A stretch of 64,000 nucleotides of DNA from Fidelibacterota bacterium (GTDB taxonomy: Bacteria > Fidelibacterota > UBA8477 > JABMPR01), in NCBI GenBank assembly GCA_021736185.1, contig JAIPGJ010000002.1, positions 143 through 64,142 of the forward strand, given 5' to 3'. Position 1 is the first letter of the stretch; each line of letters starts with the position of its first letter. A model generated the notes under the pieces. It was given only the letters and a program-made list of their open reading frames with translations, made no database searches and was not told the DNA's origin. Positions 45,890 to 54,042 of the stretch are shown one piece after another. A program made the translations under genes and the position numbers.

Positions 45890-47296
45890 TTAAAGGTGAA
45901 TGCCGCGATCTAATGCCAGGGCGGAAGCTTCCATGATCATTTCTGACAATGTGGGGTGGGCATGAATGGTTTCGAGCACGGCTTCATGGGTTGCCTCAAG
46001 GGAACGGGCCATTCCGATTTCAGCAATCAATTCTGTTGCCTCCGCTCCAATAATGTGTGCGCCCAAAAGCTCCCCATATTTGGCATCATAGATGAGTTTG
46101 GTAAAACCATCAGTCTCTCCTGATGCCATCGCTTTTCCGGATACACGATAGGGGAACTTGCCAACCTTCACTTCGTATCCTGCTGCCCTCGCCGCTTTCT
46201 CGGTGAGTCCAATAGAGGCCACCTGAGGCGTGCAATAGGTGCAACCCGGCACGTTGTCATACTTCATGGGTTTCACATTTAATCCCGCGATGTGCTCAAC
46301 CGCAGTAATGCCTTCGTGGGAAGCTACGTGGGCCAGCCAGGGAGGACCAGCGACGTCACCAATGGCGTAAATGCCCGCCACAGAAGTCTGCATGTAGGCG
46401 TTGGTCTTAATCCAGCCTTTTTCCAGCTGGACACCAGCGGCCTCCAGTCCCAGATCCTCGATGTTACCCTGAACCCCGATGGCAATTAAAACTTTGTCTG
46501 CATCCAGCCCCAGAAGCTCACCTGTTTTGGTTTTTACTTTGACCAGAGCCCGATTTTCAGAGATAGAAATGCTTTCGACTTTAGCCTCGGTATGGGTCTT
46601 GATTTTTTTGCGTTTGAACATTTTTTGCAGCTCGATGGAGACCTCTTCGTCTTCAATGGGCAGCAGCTGTGGCAACATTTCAACCAGAGTCACTTCCGTG
46701 CCCATGGCAGCGTAAAAATCGGCGAACTCAACCCCAATAGCTCCGGCACCTACCACAACCAGCTTTTCAGGGATAGACTCAAGATTCATGGCTTCCTTGG
46801 ATGAGATGATGATTTTGCCATCAAATGCCGCGTCGGGCATGGGTCGCGGACGAGCGCCAGTAGCCAGAATGATATTGTCCGCGCTGATTTCCTGATCATC
46901 ATCGATGCTTATCCGGTTCCCGCCAATAAGTTTTGCACTACCGTTGATAACGTCTATCTCATTTTTTTTCATGAGAAAATCCACGCCCTTTGAAAGGGCT
47001 TCGGCGACCTGTCTTGAACGCTGTATCACTGCCGGAAAATCCACATCTACATCATCCACCAGTACGCCAAACTTTTTGGCTTTTTGGGCTGACCGCAATA
47101 CTTCGGCACTTTTTAAGAGGGCCTTGGTTGGAATACAACCCCAGTTCAGACAGATTCCACCCAACGCAGCGCGTTCAATAACAAGCGTCTTTTTACCCAG
47201 CTGAGCGGCGCGAATAGCAGCCACATATCCACCGGGTCCGCCGCCGATGATTGCGATGTCATAATGGGTTGTACTCACTGTAATTCCTTCTCTCAT
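45890..47296 (-). CDS. lpdA: dihydrolipoyl dehydrogenase (E3)
   Basis: FAD motif IIGGGPGGY, redox disulfide GGICLNWGCIPTK and C-terminal HAHPTLSE. Confidence 0.95.
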   Translation of the reverse strand: MREGITVSTTHYDIAIIGGGPGGYVAAIRAAQLGKKTLVIERAALGGICLNWGCIPTKALLKSAEVLRSAQKAKKFGVLVDDVDVDFPAVIQRSRQVAEALSKGVDFLMKKNEIDVINGSAKLIGGNRISIDDDQEISADNIILATGARPRPMPDAAFDGKIIISSKEAMNLESIPEKLVVVGAGAIGVEFADFYAAMGTEVTLVEMLPQLLPIEDEEVSIELQKMFKRKKIKTHTEAKVESISISENRALVKVKTKTGELLGLDADKVLIAIGVQGNIEDLGLEAAGVQLEKGWIKTNAYMQTSVAGIYAIGDVAGPPWLAHVASHEGITAVEHIAGLNVKPMKYDNVPGCTYCTPQVASIGLTEKAARAAGYEVKVGKFPYRVSGKAMASGETDGFTKLIYDAKYGELLGAHIIGAEATELIAEIGMARSLEATHEAVLETIHAHPTLSEMIMEASALALDRGIHL

Positions 47297-47308
47297 TATT
47301 ATTAACCC

Positions 47309-47351
47309 CTTGAGGCTTAGCCTTACGAAGGCTTAAAACCTTCGTAAGGCT
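47309..47351. repeat. REP hairpin (family B), left flank of RAYT
   Basis: CTTGAGGCTT-AGCCTTACGAAGG-CTTAAAA-CCTTCGTAAGGCT with a 13-bp perfect stem. Preceded by ATTAAC. Confidence 0.85.
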
Positions 47352-47360
47352 ATTTTTCCA

Positions 47361-47927
47361 TTACGAGCCTTCTAATTTGAATTTATCCAGTATTTTCTCG
47401 TGCTGGATTTCAGAGTAATATTTTAAAAATTCTTTATACTCAGTTTTTGATATAAACGAATCAACGATGTGCTTGCTAATGAGAGTAGAGTCTCTTTTCC
47501 CAAGCCACTCCTGACAATTTGAGAATTCCCATTCGGCAGCCTCTGAAACCAGTCCTGCAGCGACAGGATTGAAATGGATATATGCTATTAGTTCCTGAAA
47601 ATATTTGTCACCCTCAATCAAAATGTGTTTAGGTCTTCCCTCAAAAAGCGTTCCTTTGCGACCCTCCTGTTTGTTAATCGCTTGAGAATACCCATTAAAA
47701 ATATACTGAAGCCATTTTGAAACTGGTATCTCAGAATTTTGCTGAACAAGCAAGTGATAGTGGTTTGGCATAAGACAATATGCGATGACATCAATGCCGA
47801 ATCGTTCTTTGGTGGTCGCTATTTTTTCTGTAAGATAACGATAGTTTTCTTCGGAATAAAAAATTTGCTTGTGGTTCCATCCTCGGTTGAAAACGTGATA
47901 TATCCCTGATTCTTGATACACGAACAT
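47361..47927 (-). CDS. rayT: REP-associated tyrosine transposase (RAYT; IS200-like Y1/HUH transposase)
   Basis: HUH motif CLMPNHYHLLVQQ and catalytic-Tyr helix AYIHFNPVAAGLV. 188 aa, visibly AT-rich relative to its neighbours, and flanked by REPs. Confidence 0.85.
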   Translation of the reverse strand: MFVYQESGIYHVFNRGWNHKQIFYSEENYRYLTEKIATTKERFGIDVIAYCLMPNHYHLLVQQNSEIPVSKWLQYIFNGYSQAINKQEGRKGTLFEGRPKHILIEGDKYFQELIAYIHFNPVAAGLVSEAAEWEFSNCQEWLGKRDSTLISKHIVDSFISKTEYKEFLKYYSEIQHEKILDKFKLEGS

Positions 47928-47932
47928 TAACT

Positions 47933-47975
47933 CTTGAGGCTTAGCCTTACGAAGGTTTAAAACCTTCGTAAGGCT
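47933..47975. repeat. REP hairpin (family B), right flank of RAYT
   Basis: Identical to 47309-47351 except for one loop base (T for C), in the same orientation and also preceded by ATTAAC. It encodes the last 8 codons and the stop of the murU-like gene. Confidence 0.85.
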
Positions 47976-48690
47976 CTTTACTTAAATGCTTCCGTAATTC
48001 TTCCAGTTTTTCTACGGCGCCAATATCAATCCAGTAAGCATGATCCATTGGAAAGGCCTTGATTTTCTCCCCTGCCTCGGCGGCTTTTAAATAGACTGGA
48101 ATGGTGGAAAAAACGTTCCCAAATTCCGTCATATAATCAAAAAGCTTTGGTGAAACGACCTGAACCCCATTAAAAGCCAGTTTTTCGTAACTTTTGGTGT
48201 TCCAGGATACTTTTTCGCCAGTCGTTCGGTTTTCCCACCCGCATAAATTTTTATCCTCGTCAAATCTTAGATAACGAGATGTTTCCCTTTTGGCAACAGC
48301 CAGGGTAGCCAGGCTCTGTGATGTTCGATGAGCTGCCACCAGGGATCCGAGATCGAGATCGGTATATATATCACTATTACATACGAGAAAGGCCTCATCT
48401 CCGACAAAGTATTGTGAAGCCTGTAGTAATCCACCACCCTGACCCAACAGGTCTGGTTCTTCTGAGATGTGAATGGTCAAGCCAAAATCTCTGGACCGAA
48501 TAAACTCAATCACCTGTTCTGAAAAATGATGCACATTAATCACCAGGGTATCCACACCAGCAGCTTTGAGCTGGAGAATGTTGTGTTCCAGCAAGGTCTT
48601 GTTACCCGCCCTGACCAGACATTTGGGATGTCTGTCTGTGAGGGGGGCCAGACGGCTTCCCCTGCCTGCGGCAAAAAGCATGGCCTTCAA
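47947..48690 (-). CDS. murU: N-acetylmuramate alpha-1-phosphate uridylyltransferase-like nucleotidyltransferase
   Basis: MKAMLFAAGRGSRLAPLTDRHPKCLV...VINVHH...GQGGGL...NSDIYTD is collinear with Pseudomonas MurU as recalled. Confidence 0.75.
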   Translation of the reverse strand: MKAMLFAAGRGSRLAPLTDRHPKCLVRAGNKTLLEHNILQLKAAGVDTLVINVHHFSEQVIEFIRSRDFGLTIHISEEPDLLGQGGGLLQASQYFVGDEAFLVCNSDIYTDLDLGSLVAAHRTSQSLATLAVAKRETSRYLRFDEDKNLCGWENRTTGEKVSWNTKSYEKLAFNGVQVVSPKLFDYMTEFGNVFSTIPVYLKAAEAGEKIKAFPMDHAYWIDIGAVEKLEELRKHLSKEPYEGFKPS

Positions 48691-48696
48691 GAGAGG

Positions 48697-50115
48697 TTAT
48701 GCTTCCAGTTCTCGGTGGTGAACGACCACATCAATATCGTGGGTCTCTTTCAGGTGGGCTGCCAGCTTGTTGGCTGAATGGACAGATCTATGCTGTCCGC
48801 CAGTGCATCCAAATGAAATCATCAGATCGGTAAAATTCTGTTCCTCGTAGCTGGTAACTGCCGCATCCACCATGGTGAACAGCCGTTTTAACCAGCGGGT
48901 CATGTCGGGTTTACTGGCAAACCAGTCTATCACTTCCTGATCATTGCCCGTCAACTTTTTATAGGCAATATCACGGCCGGGATTGGGTAGAAAACGGCAA
49001 TCAAAAACGAAGCCGCCGCCATGGCCACGATCATCAATGGGCACCCCGTTTTTATATGAAAAACTGGATATGCGTACCTTCAGGCGCAATTTTGCCTTGC
49101 CAAATTCTCTCAGGGCTGAAGACTGAATCAGTTGATGAAAAACATCCATCATGACGGGAATCTTAATGGATAGATCCACCTTGCGAATGAGGTATTCAAG
49201 ATTTCTTACCGCATAGGGAATACTTTGCAGAAAGTGGGTTTTGCGCTCATAAAAACCGCGATAGCCATAGGCACCCATGGCCTGCATGATACGAATATAC
49301 ACGAAAGCATAGTAATGCCTGGTGAAGGCTTCACGATCAATGGGAAGCAGTTGGGATGCAGCACTCAAATAGTGGTCTAGCAGGTGTTCTCTCACCTCAA
49401 ATGGCAGGTCGGCCTTCGCATCAAAAAGCAAGGATGCTATATCATATTGCAGGGCCCCCTTTCGCCCCCCCTGATAATCAATAAACCAGGGCTTATTGTC
49501 ATTGAGCATAATGTTTCTGGATTGAAAATCACGATAGAGAAAGTGGTTTCCATCAGCTTGAAGCAAAAAATCCGTGAAGGTTCGGAAATCCTGCTCCAGC
49601 TGCTGCTCATTAAAACGGATGTGGGCCAGTTTTAGAAAATAATATTTGAAATAATTCAAATCCCACATCATGGATTGACGGTCAAAACTGTGGTGGGGAT
49701 AAGATTTGCTGTAATCCAAGCCCTGGCCGCCTTTGATTTGAAACTGAGGCAGACGCTCAACCACCTGTTCATAGGTCTTTAAGAGCTCTTCAGGGAATCC
49801 TTTGCGTCCTTCCCGTACTTTGCGGAGATAGTCAAACAGGGTGATATCACCAAGATCCTGCTGGAGATAGATATGATGGTCCAGATCTTCGGCATAAATT
49901 TCCGGCACATCAAGACCTTTTGAACGGAAGTGTCTGGAGAAGGATATAAAGGCATCATTTTCCAGTCGATCCATGTTTTTTGCACCAATCACCGAACGCT
50001 GGTCGTTGCTCAGACGAAAATATTCTCGGTTGGAACCATGGGCCGGCAATGGACTCAGGTCAATGACATCTTCCTTGAAATGTTTTTCAAACAAGGTTTT
50101 TAACTTATCAGGCAT
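48697..50115 (-). CDS. amgK: AmgK-like sugar anomeric kinase (APH fold) fused to a RapZ C-terminal-like domain
   Basis: The N-terminal roughly 330 aa are APH/AmgK-like (HGSNREYFRL; LYRDFQSRNIMLNDNKPWFIDYQGGRKGALQYDIASLL). The C-terminal roughly 135 aa (FSYKNGVPID...FVFDCRFLPNPGRD...LTGNDQEV...ISFGCTGGQHRSV) match the RapZ C-domain motifs [16 protein letters not shown] and GCTGGKHRSV. Confidence 0.75.
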   Translation of the reverse strand: MPDKLKTLFEKHFKEDVIDLSPLPAHGSNREYFRLSNDQRSVIGAKNMDRLENDAFISFSRHFRSKGLDVPEIYAEDLDHHIYLQQDLGDITLFDYLRKVREGRKGFPEELLKTYEQVVERLPQFQIKGGQGLDYSKSYPHHSFDRQSMMWDLNYFKYYFLKLAHIRFNEQQLEQDFRTFTDFLLQADGNHFLYRDFQSRNIMLNDNKPWFIDYQGGRKGALQYDIASLLFDAKADLPFEVREHLLDHYLSAASQLLPIDREAFTRHYYAFVYIRIMQAMGAYGYRGFYERKTHFLQSIPYAVRNLEYLIRKVDLSIKIPVMMDVFHQLIQSSALREFGKAKLRLKVRISSFSYKNGVPIDDRGHGGGFVFDCRFLPNPGRDIAYKKLTGNDQEVIDWFASKPDMTRWLKRLFTMVDAAVTSYEEQNFTDLMISFGCTGGQHRSVHSANKLAAHLKETHDIDVVVHHRELEA

Positions 50116-50173
50116 AGTATCTCTCTCTGCGTACTCCGCACTCTGTGCTTTGATTGATCAAAGGCTATCCGGT

Positions 50174-50743
50174 TTATAAATTCCTCATGCTTATGATACT
50201 CAAAAATTCGGCTCTTGTTTCAGCCTCATCATGAAACTCTCCCAGCATGGCAGAGGTGGTGGCAAAAGAATTCTGCTTTTCCACGCCACGCATCTGCATA
50301 CATAGATGGCGGCCCTCCAGGACCACAGCAACACCGGCAGGATCTAATAATTCATTCAGAGCTTCTGCCACCTGGTGGGTAATCCGCTCCTGAATCTGAA
50401 GCCTGCGGGAGTACATTTCAATGATTCTGGGAATTTTGGAGAGACCAATCACCTTGCCTCGGGGAATATAAGCCACGTGAGCCTTGCCAAAAAAAGGCAG
50501 CATGTGGTGTTCACACATACTGAAGAATTCAATATCTCTAACCACCACCATTTCAGAACATTTGTCCTCGAAGATGGCATCATTCAAAACCTCTTTCAGG
50601 TTTTGATCATAACCCTTGGCAATAAACTTCCAGGCCTTGGCAACCCGGAGAGGCGTGCGAACCAGGCCCTCTCGTTCAGGATCTTCACCAATCTCTATTA
50701 AAAGGTTGCGTGTTAAGTCTTCTATTTTTTTTAAGTCTTCCAT
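50174..50743 (-). CDS. folE: GTP cyclohydrolase I
   Basis: [22 protein letters not shown] and QIQERIT motifs. Confidence 0.95.
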   Translation of the reverse strand: MEDLKKIEDLTRNLLIEIGEDPEREGLVRTPLRVAKAWKFIAKGYDQNLKEVLNDAIFEDKCSEMVVVRDIEFFSMCEHHMLPFFGKAHVAYIPRGKVIGLSKIPRIIEMYSRRLQIQERITHQVAEALNELLDPAGVAVVLEGRHLCMQMRGVEKQNSFATTSAMLGEFHDEAETRAEFLSIISMRNL

Positions 50744-50755
50744 GTATAACTCCTG

Positions 50756-51547
50756 TCAATTGGATATTTTTTCAGTTTCAAACTCAGCCAGAGGATCGAT
50801 CTCCAGATAGCGTGAAAGATAGTGCACGCCAAGGTAAAAGGGACCGGTATCCAACAAGGCTGCAATCATTTTAAAGGTATATCCCGAAACAATAAAGATC
50901 AGGAGCTGGCTAAAGATAGGCTTGGCCATATCTACGGGTAAAGCCTTGGCATAATAGTGGGTCACCAGAATGACAGCCACTGTATCCACCAACTGACTCA
51001 CCAGGGTCGAGCCATTATTTCTTAACCAGAGATGTTTTCCCCGGGTGAGTTTTTTCCAAAAATGGAACACATAGACATCCACAAACTGTGCCGCCAGATA
51101 GGCAATCATGGAGGCAAGAACAGCACCAAAAGTCAGGGCTCGCACCTCATAGAAGACTGGCAAGCGACCGGCTGCATCGCGGGCAATTTCTCCCGTGGCC
51201 GTGAGGGTTTCAAATCCGGGCATGACCCCACCGAGCCACATAATAAAGATGACCCATAGATTGAGAAGAAGACCCACAAAAACGACAAAATTTGCCCGCT
51301 TGCGACCATAGAGTTCGCTGATGAGATCTGTGGCTAAAAAGGTGAGCGGATAGGGCAGAACACCTACGGCCACAGCAAAGACAACATCACCGTAGCCATC
51401 AAAGTTCAGCGTAAACAGTTTTACAAAACGGCTGATGCCTAAAATGTTGAGCATGGCCAGAGTGCCCAGAAACAATCCTGCCAGAACCAGAAAGACCCGT
51501 TCTCTCCTTTGAATTATTTCCGAAGAAGGGTTCGAATTATTTATCAT
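50756..51547 (-). CDS. yhhQ: queuosine-precursor transporter (YhhQ/VUT family)
   Basis: Polytopic DUF165-type pattern (YPLTFLATDLISELYG; RNNGSTLVSQLVDT) located between folE and queD. Confidence 0.7.
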   Translation of the reverse strand: MINNSNPSSEIIQRRERVFLVLAGLFLGTLAMLNILGISRFVKLFTLNFDGYGDVVFAVAVGVLPYPLTFLATDLISELYGRKRANFVVFVGLLLNLWVIFIMWLGGVMPGFETLTATGEIARDAAGRLPVFYEVRALTFGAVLASMIAYLAAQFVDVYVFHFWKKLTRGKHLWLRNNGSTLVSQLVDTVAVILVTHYYAKALPVDMAKPIFSQLLIFIVSGYTFKMIAALLDTGPFYLGVHYLSRYLEIDPLAEFETEKISN

Positions 51548-51602
51548 GATATATCATCCTTTTAAGGGGACTTAAATACACGCCATGAGGTGTGTGAGTC
51601 GA

Positions 51603-52010
51603 TTATTGTTGGGGACCGTAATAGTCCGTGTATATCGTGGGTGTTTCCTGGAGCCTGATGCGATGCAGGGTTCCATCTTTTAGATGCTTCGATATCTGCC
51701 CCCATATCCAGACCACCATGTTTTCCGTAGATGGCTGCCTGTTTTTAAACCAGGGGATATCAATTTCTATCTGCGAATGATCAACCTGCTTAATGACCTG
51801 TTCTTTCACAACCTCTTTGAGGTGTCCCAGATCAACAAGAAATCCCGTCGCAGTATTTATTTCTCCGGTTACAGAGACTGTCAGCTCATAATTATGCCCA
51901 TGAATATTTAGATCTTCACCAAAAGCGGCCAGGTTTTCTGCTTCACTCAGGTTGGGATTTCCATAGCGATGTGCGGCACAAAAGTGAAATATTTTATTCA
52001 AAACAATCAT
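51603..52010 (-). CDS. queD: 6-carboxy-5,6,7,8-tetrahydropterin synthase
   Basis: FCAAHRY...HGHNYELTVSVTG is a PTPS/QueD signature. Confidence 0.85.
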   Translation of the reverse strand: MIVLNKIFHFCAAHRYGNPNLSEAENLAAFGEDLNIHGHNYELTVSVTGEINTATGFLVDLGHLKEVVKEQVIKQVDHSQIEIDIPWFKNRQPSTENMVVWIWGQISKHLKDGTLHRIRLQETPTIYTDYYGPQQ

Positions 52011-52105
52011 TTCAAATCCTTTATTCTAGCTTTGAATTTATGGTCAGGCGCTTCAATTTCAAAACAAACGGAGCGAGACATAAATAATCCTGTGGCGTGG
52101 TCTCA

Positions 52106-52624
52106 TTAAAAAAAGGATTCATCCTGCCAGCGGGAAATACGCCAGACGCCTTCGGGATCACTGATAAAATCAAACACAGCATTGCCGGATAGAAAAATTT
52201 CACCTCCGATGGTGAGGTCAAAAGTCTTGGTAAGGCTGCGTTTGTTCACAGCCAAAGAATCCGTGGCAATGGTGGCATTCCAGATCAATGTAAAATGATC
52301 AAAGGCCCGAAATAATCGCGCTGTGGTTCGCAGTTCAGTATCTCTGCCCCAATAATCATAACCGCCGACACCACCAATCTCAGGATCAAAATAGAGAAAA
52401 ACAAAACTGGTGTCAAAAAGATCGCTGTAAACCAGACTGTCCCGATAAATATAGGCATATCGGAAGTTTTGCAGGACTTCTTCTGGTGATCTCTGCTCGG
52501 TGAGGCTCAGCGAAATATCTCCCTCAAGCAGGCCTTCCGTCGGGGCAAAAGGATTCCAACAGCCCTGGAGTGTGGCCAGCCCCAACAAAGTGACAAGCAT
52601 GATTTGTCTGGAGATATGGATCAT
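52106..52624 (-). CDS. hypothetical lipoprotein (paralog of the upstream gene)
   Basis: Lipobox LATLQGC. Shares SPEEVLQNF and ...W(R/E)IS.WQD blocks with 52625..53215. Confidence 0.55.
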   Translation of the reverse strand: MIHISRQIMLVTLLGLATLQGCWNPFAPTEGLLEGDISLSLTEQRSPEEVLQNFRYAYIYRDSLVYSDLFDTSFVFLYFDPEIGGVGGYDYWGRDTELRTTARLFRAFDHFTLIWNATIATDSLAVNKRSLTKTFDLTIGGEIFLSGNAVFDFISDPEGVWRISRWQDESFF

Positions 52625-53215
52625 CTATTGGACCTTGATTTTAAGGTCGCTCCAGCAGGGCAGCGTATCAGATTTCAAGTCCTGCCATACTGATATTTCA
52701 TAGAGTTGATCAATGTTTTGAACCAGGGTCAACGTCGCCTGCCCTTTGAGCTGGGTGGGCAGGGCGGTCTCAGATTCTCCATAGGATAAGGTGAGATGGT
52801 AGTCAGTGATGATTTCATAGCGATCATCAATGGGCGATAATTGCTCAATTTCCCAATCCAGACGCTGGAAACCATCTTCCTTGAGCACATCGAAGAGCTT
52901 GGTAATAAAATTTTCCTCTTCCACATAGCCCCAGTTGTCAAAGACACCTGGTTGTGAGCTGGAGACACCCTGGTCGGGTAAAAAAACAAAGGCGACGCCT
53001 GTTTCATCGTTGTTTCCCAGAACATCCAGATGATAATTGAGCTGATGTGCCGGAAATGCATTGGCCAGATTTTGCAGCACCATCTCAGGTGAGGTTGGGG
53101 GAATCCAGGCGTAGGGATCCAGAACGTCGATGGGGGGCTCTGATTCACGCGGCGTGAAAAGTTCACACCCCGCCAATAAGAGCATAGCTAGCAACGCAAC
53201 GACAGACCATTTCAT
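52625..53215 (-). CDS. hypothetical lipoprotein
   Basis: ATG 53215 gives MKWSVVALLAMLLLAGC (lipobox). Its TAG stop is directly followed by the ATG of the next gene. Confidence 0.55.
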   Translation of the reverse strand: MKWSVVALLAMLLLAGCELFTPRESEPPIDVLDPYAWIPPTSPEMVLQNLANAFPAHQLNYHLDVLGNNDETGVAFVFLPDQGVSSSQPGVFDNWGYVEEENFITKLFDVLKEDGFQRLDWEIEQLSPIDDRYEIITDYHLTLSYGESETALPTQLKGQATLTLVQNIDQLYEISVWQDLKSDTLPCWSDLKIKVQ

Positions 53216-53309
53216 TTGGTGAAAGTACACGATGTGACATGAAAAGCAAATCACATGTTGCGCTTTTCTCATCTATCGGGCTATTTTCCCACATGGAGCA
53301 ACACAGGAC

Positions 53310-53942
53310 ATGAGGATCTACGCGTGTATGGCCACCTCTCTGGATGGCAAGATCGGGCCTGCCAATGTGGATCGATTTGTCCCCATAGGTTCTCGATATG
53401 ATATGGAAAACCTGATCGCGCTGCGGGATGATGCTGACGGGATACTCTTTGGCGCCAGCACTTTCAGAGCCTGGCCAAAAGTCCATCAGGGGAATGATCC
53501 CCAAAAAATCGCTCATCATTTTATAATGAGCCGCAGCCTGAATCTGGATTTTAGAGCCGAGCTTTTTCAAAACCCTGAAATACCCATCACCATTTACTCT
53601 GGCTCAGAAAATACAACCCCGAATCAATCTCCACCCGTTCATGTGGAAATTATCTCCATTCCTGATCAACCCGGTCAAATAGATCTTATTCTGAAGCATG
53701 TTGCCCAATGTGGCGTCAAGTCATTGCTCATAGAAGGTGGTGGTCACATTCTTCACAAATTTATAACTGCTCAAGTCCTGGAAGAGCTCTATCTCACGCT
53801 GGTTCCTGCAGTAATTGGCGATGAAATGGCTCCGGCCCTGCTGGGCGGGCAACATCTGGCAGCACTTCCTCATATTAAAATTCGGAATAGCCGGCAGATC
53901 GGGAATGAAATTTTTCTACACCTTGAGCTTCAGTATATTTAA
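53310..53942 (+). CDS. RibD C-terminal domain / dihydrofolate-reductase-like reductase
   Basis: MRIYACMATSLDGKI...LIEGGGHILHKFI...EELYLTLVP is the RibD_C pattern. Confidence 0.75.
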   Translation: MRIYACMATSLDGKIGPANVDRFVPIGSRYDMENLIALRDDADGILFGASTFRAWPKVHQGNDPQKIAHHFIMSRSLNLDFRAELFQNPEIPITIYSGSENTTPNQSPPVHVEIISIPDQPGQIDLILKHVAQCGVKSLLIEGGGHILHKFITAQVLEELYLTLVPAVIGDEMAPALLGGQHLAALPHIKIRNSRQIGNEIFLHLELQYI

Positions 53943-54042
53943 ATCCCTGTGGGAAAACTCTGGTTCTAATCTATGTTCTCTCCCATCATGGGTCACTATT
54001 ACATGCTTGTCTTTAGAAATCTCGTCAAATAAGATATATACT

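Noticed and set aside
45703-45909. A 68-codon open frame on the minus strand in the lpdA-msrC gap (...GDKTYPKKTGKIQNIDEQQQLLYDKGATVASHNIGIVDIIKY...).
   Set aside because: It opens immediately after a TAG that overlaps the end of lpdA, and it has no ATG, GTG or TTG until its last third. It has no recognisable motif. It may be a gene remnant, but it cannot be supported as a CDS.
51548-52105. Possible preQ1 riboswitches upstream of yhhQ and queD.
   Set aside because: I could not fold either leader into the P1 stem plus A-rich tail pattern of preQ1-I, nor recognise preQ1-II features. This is left as a check rather than a call.
53815-54042. A 76-codon N-terminal extension of the C39-like/T9SS gene that overlaps the RibD_C gene.
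   Set aside because: The internal ATG at 54043 yields a canonical signal peptide. The extension overlaps the preceding gene's 3' end and looks non-coding.
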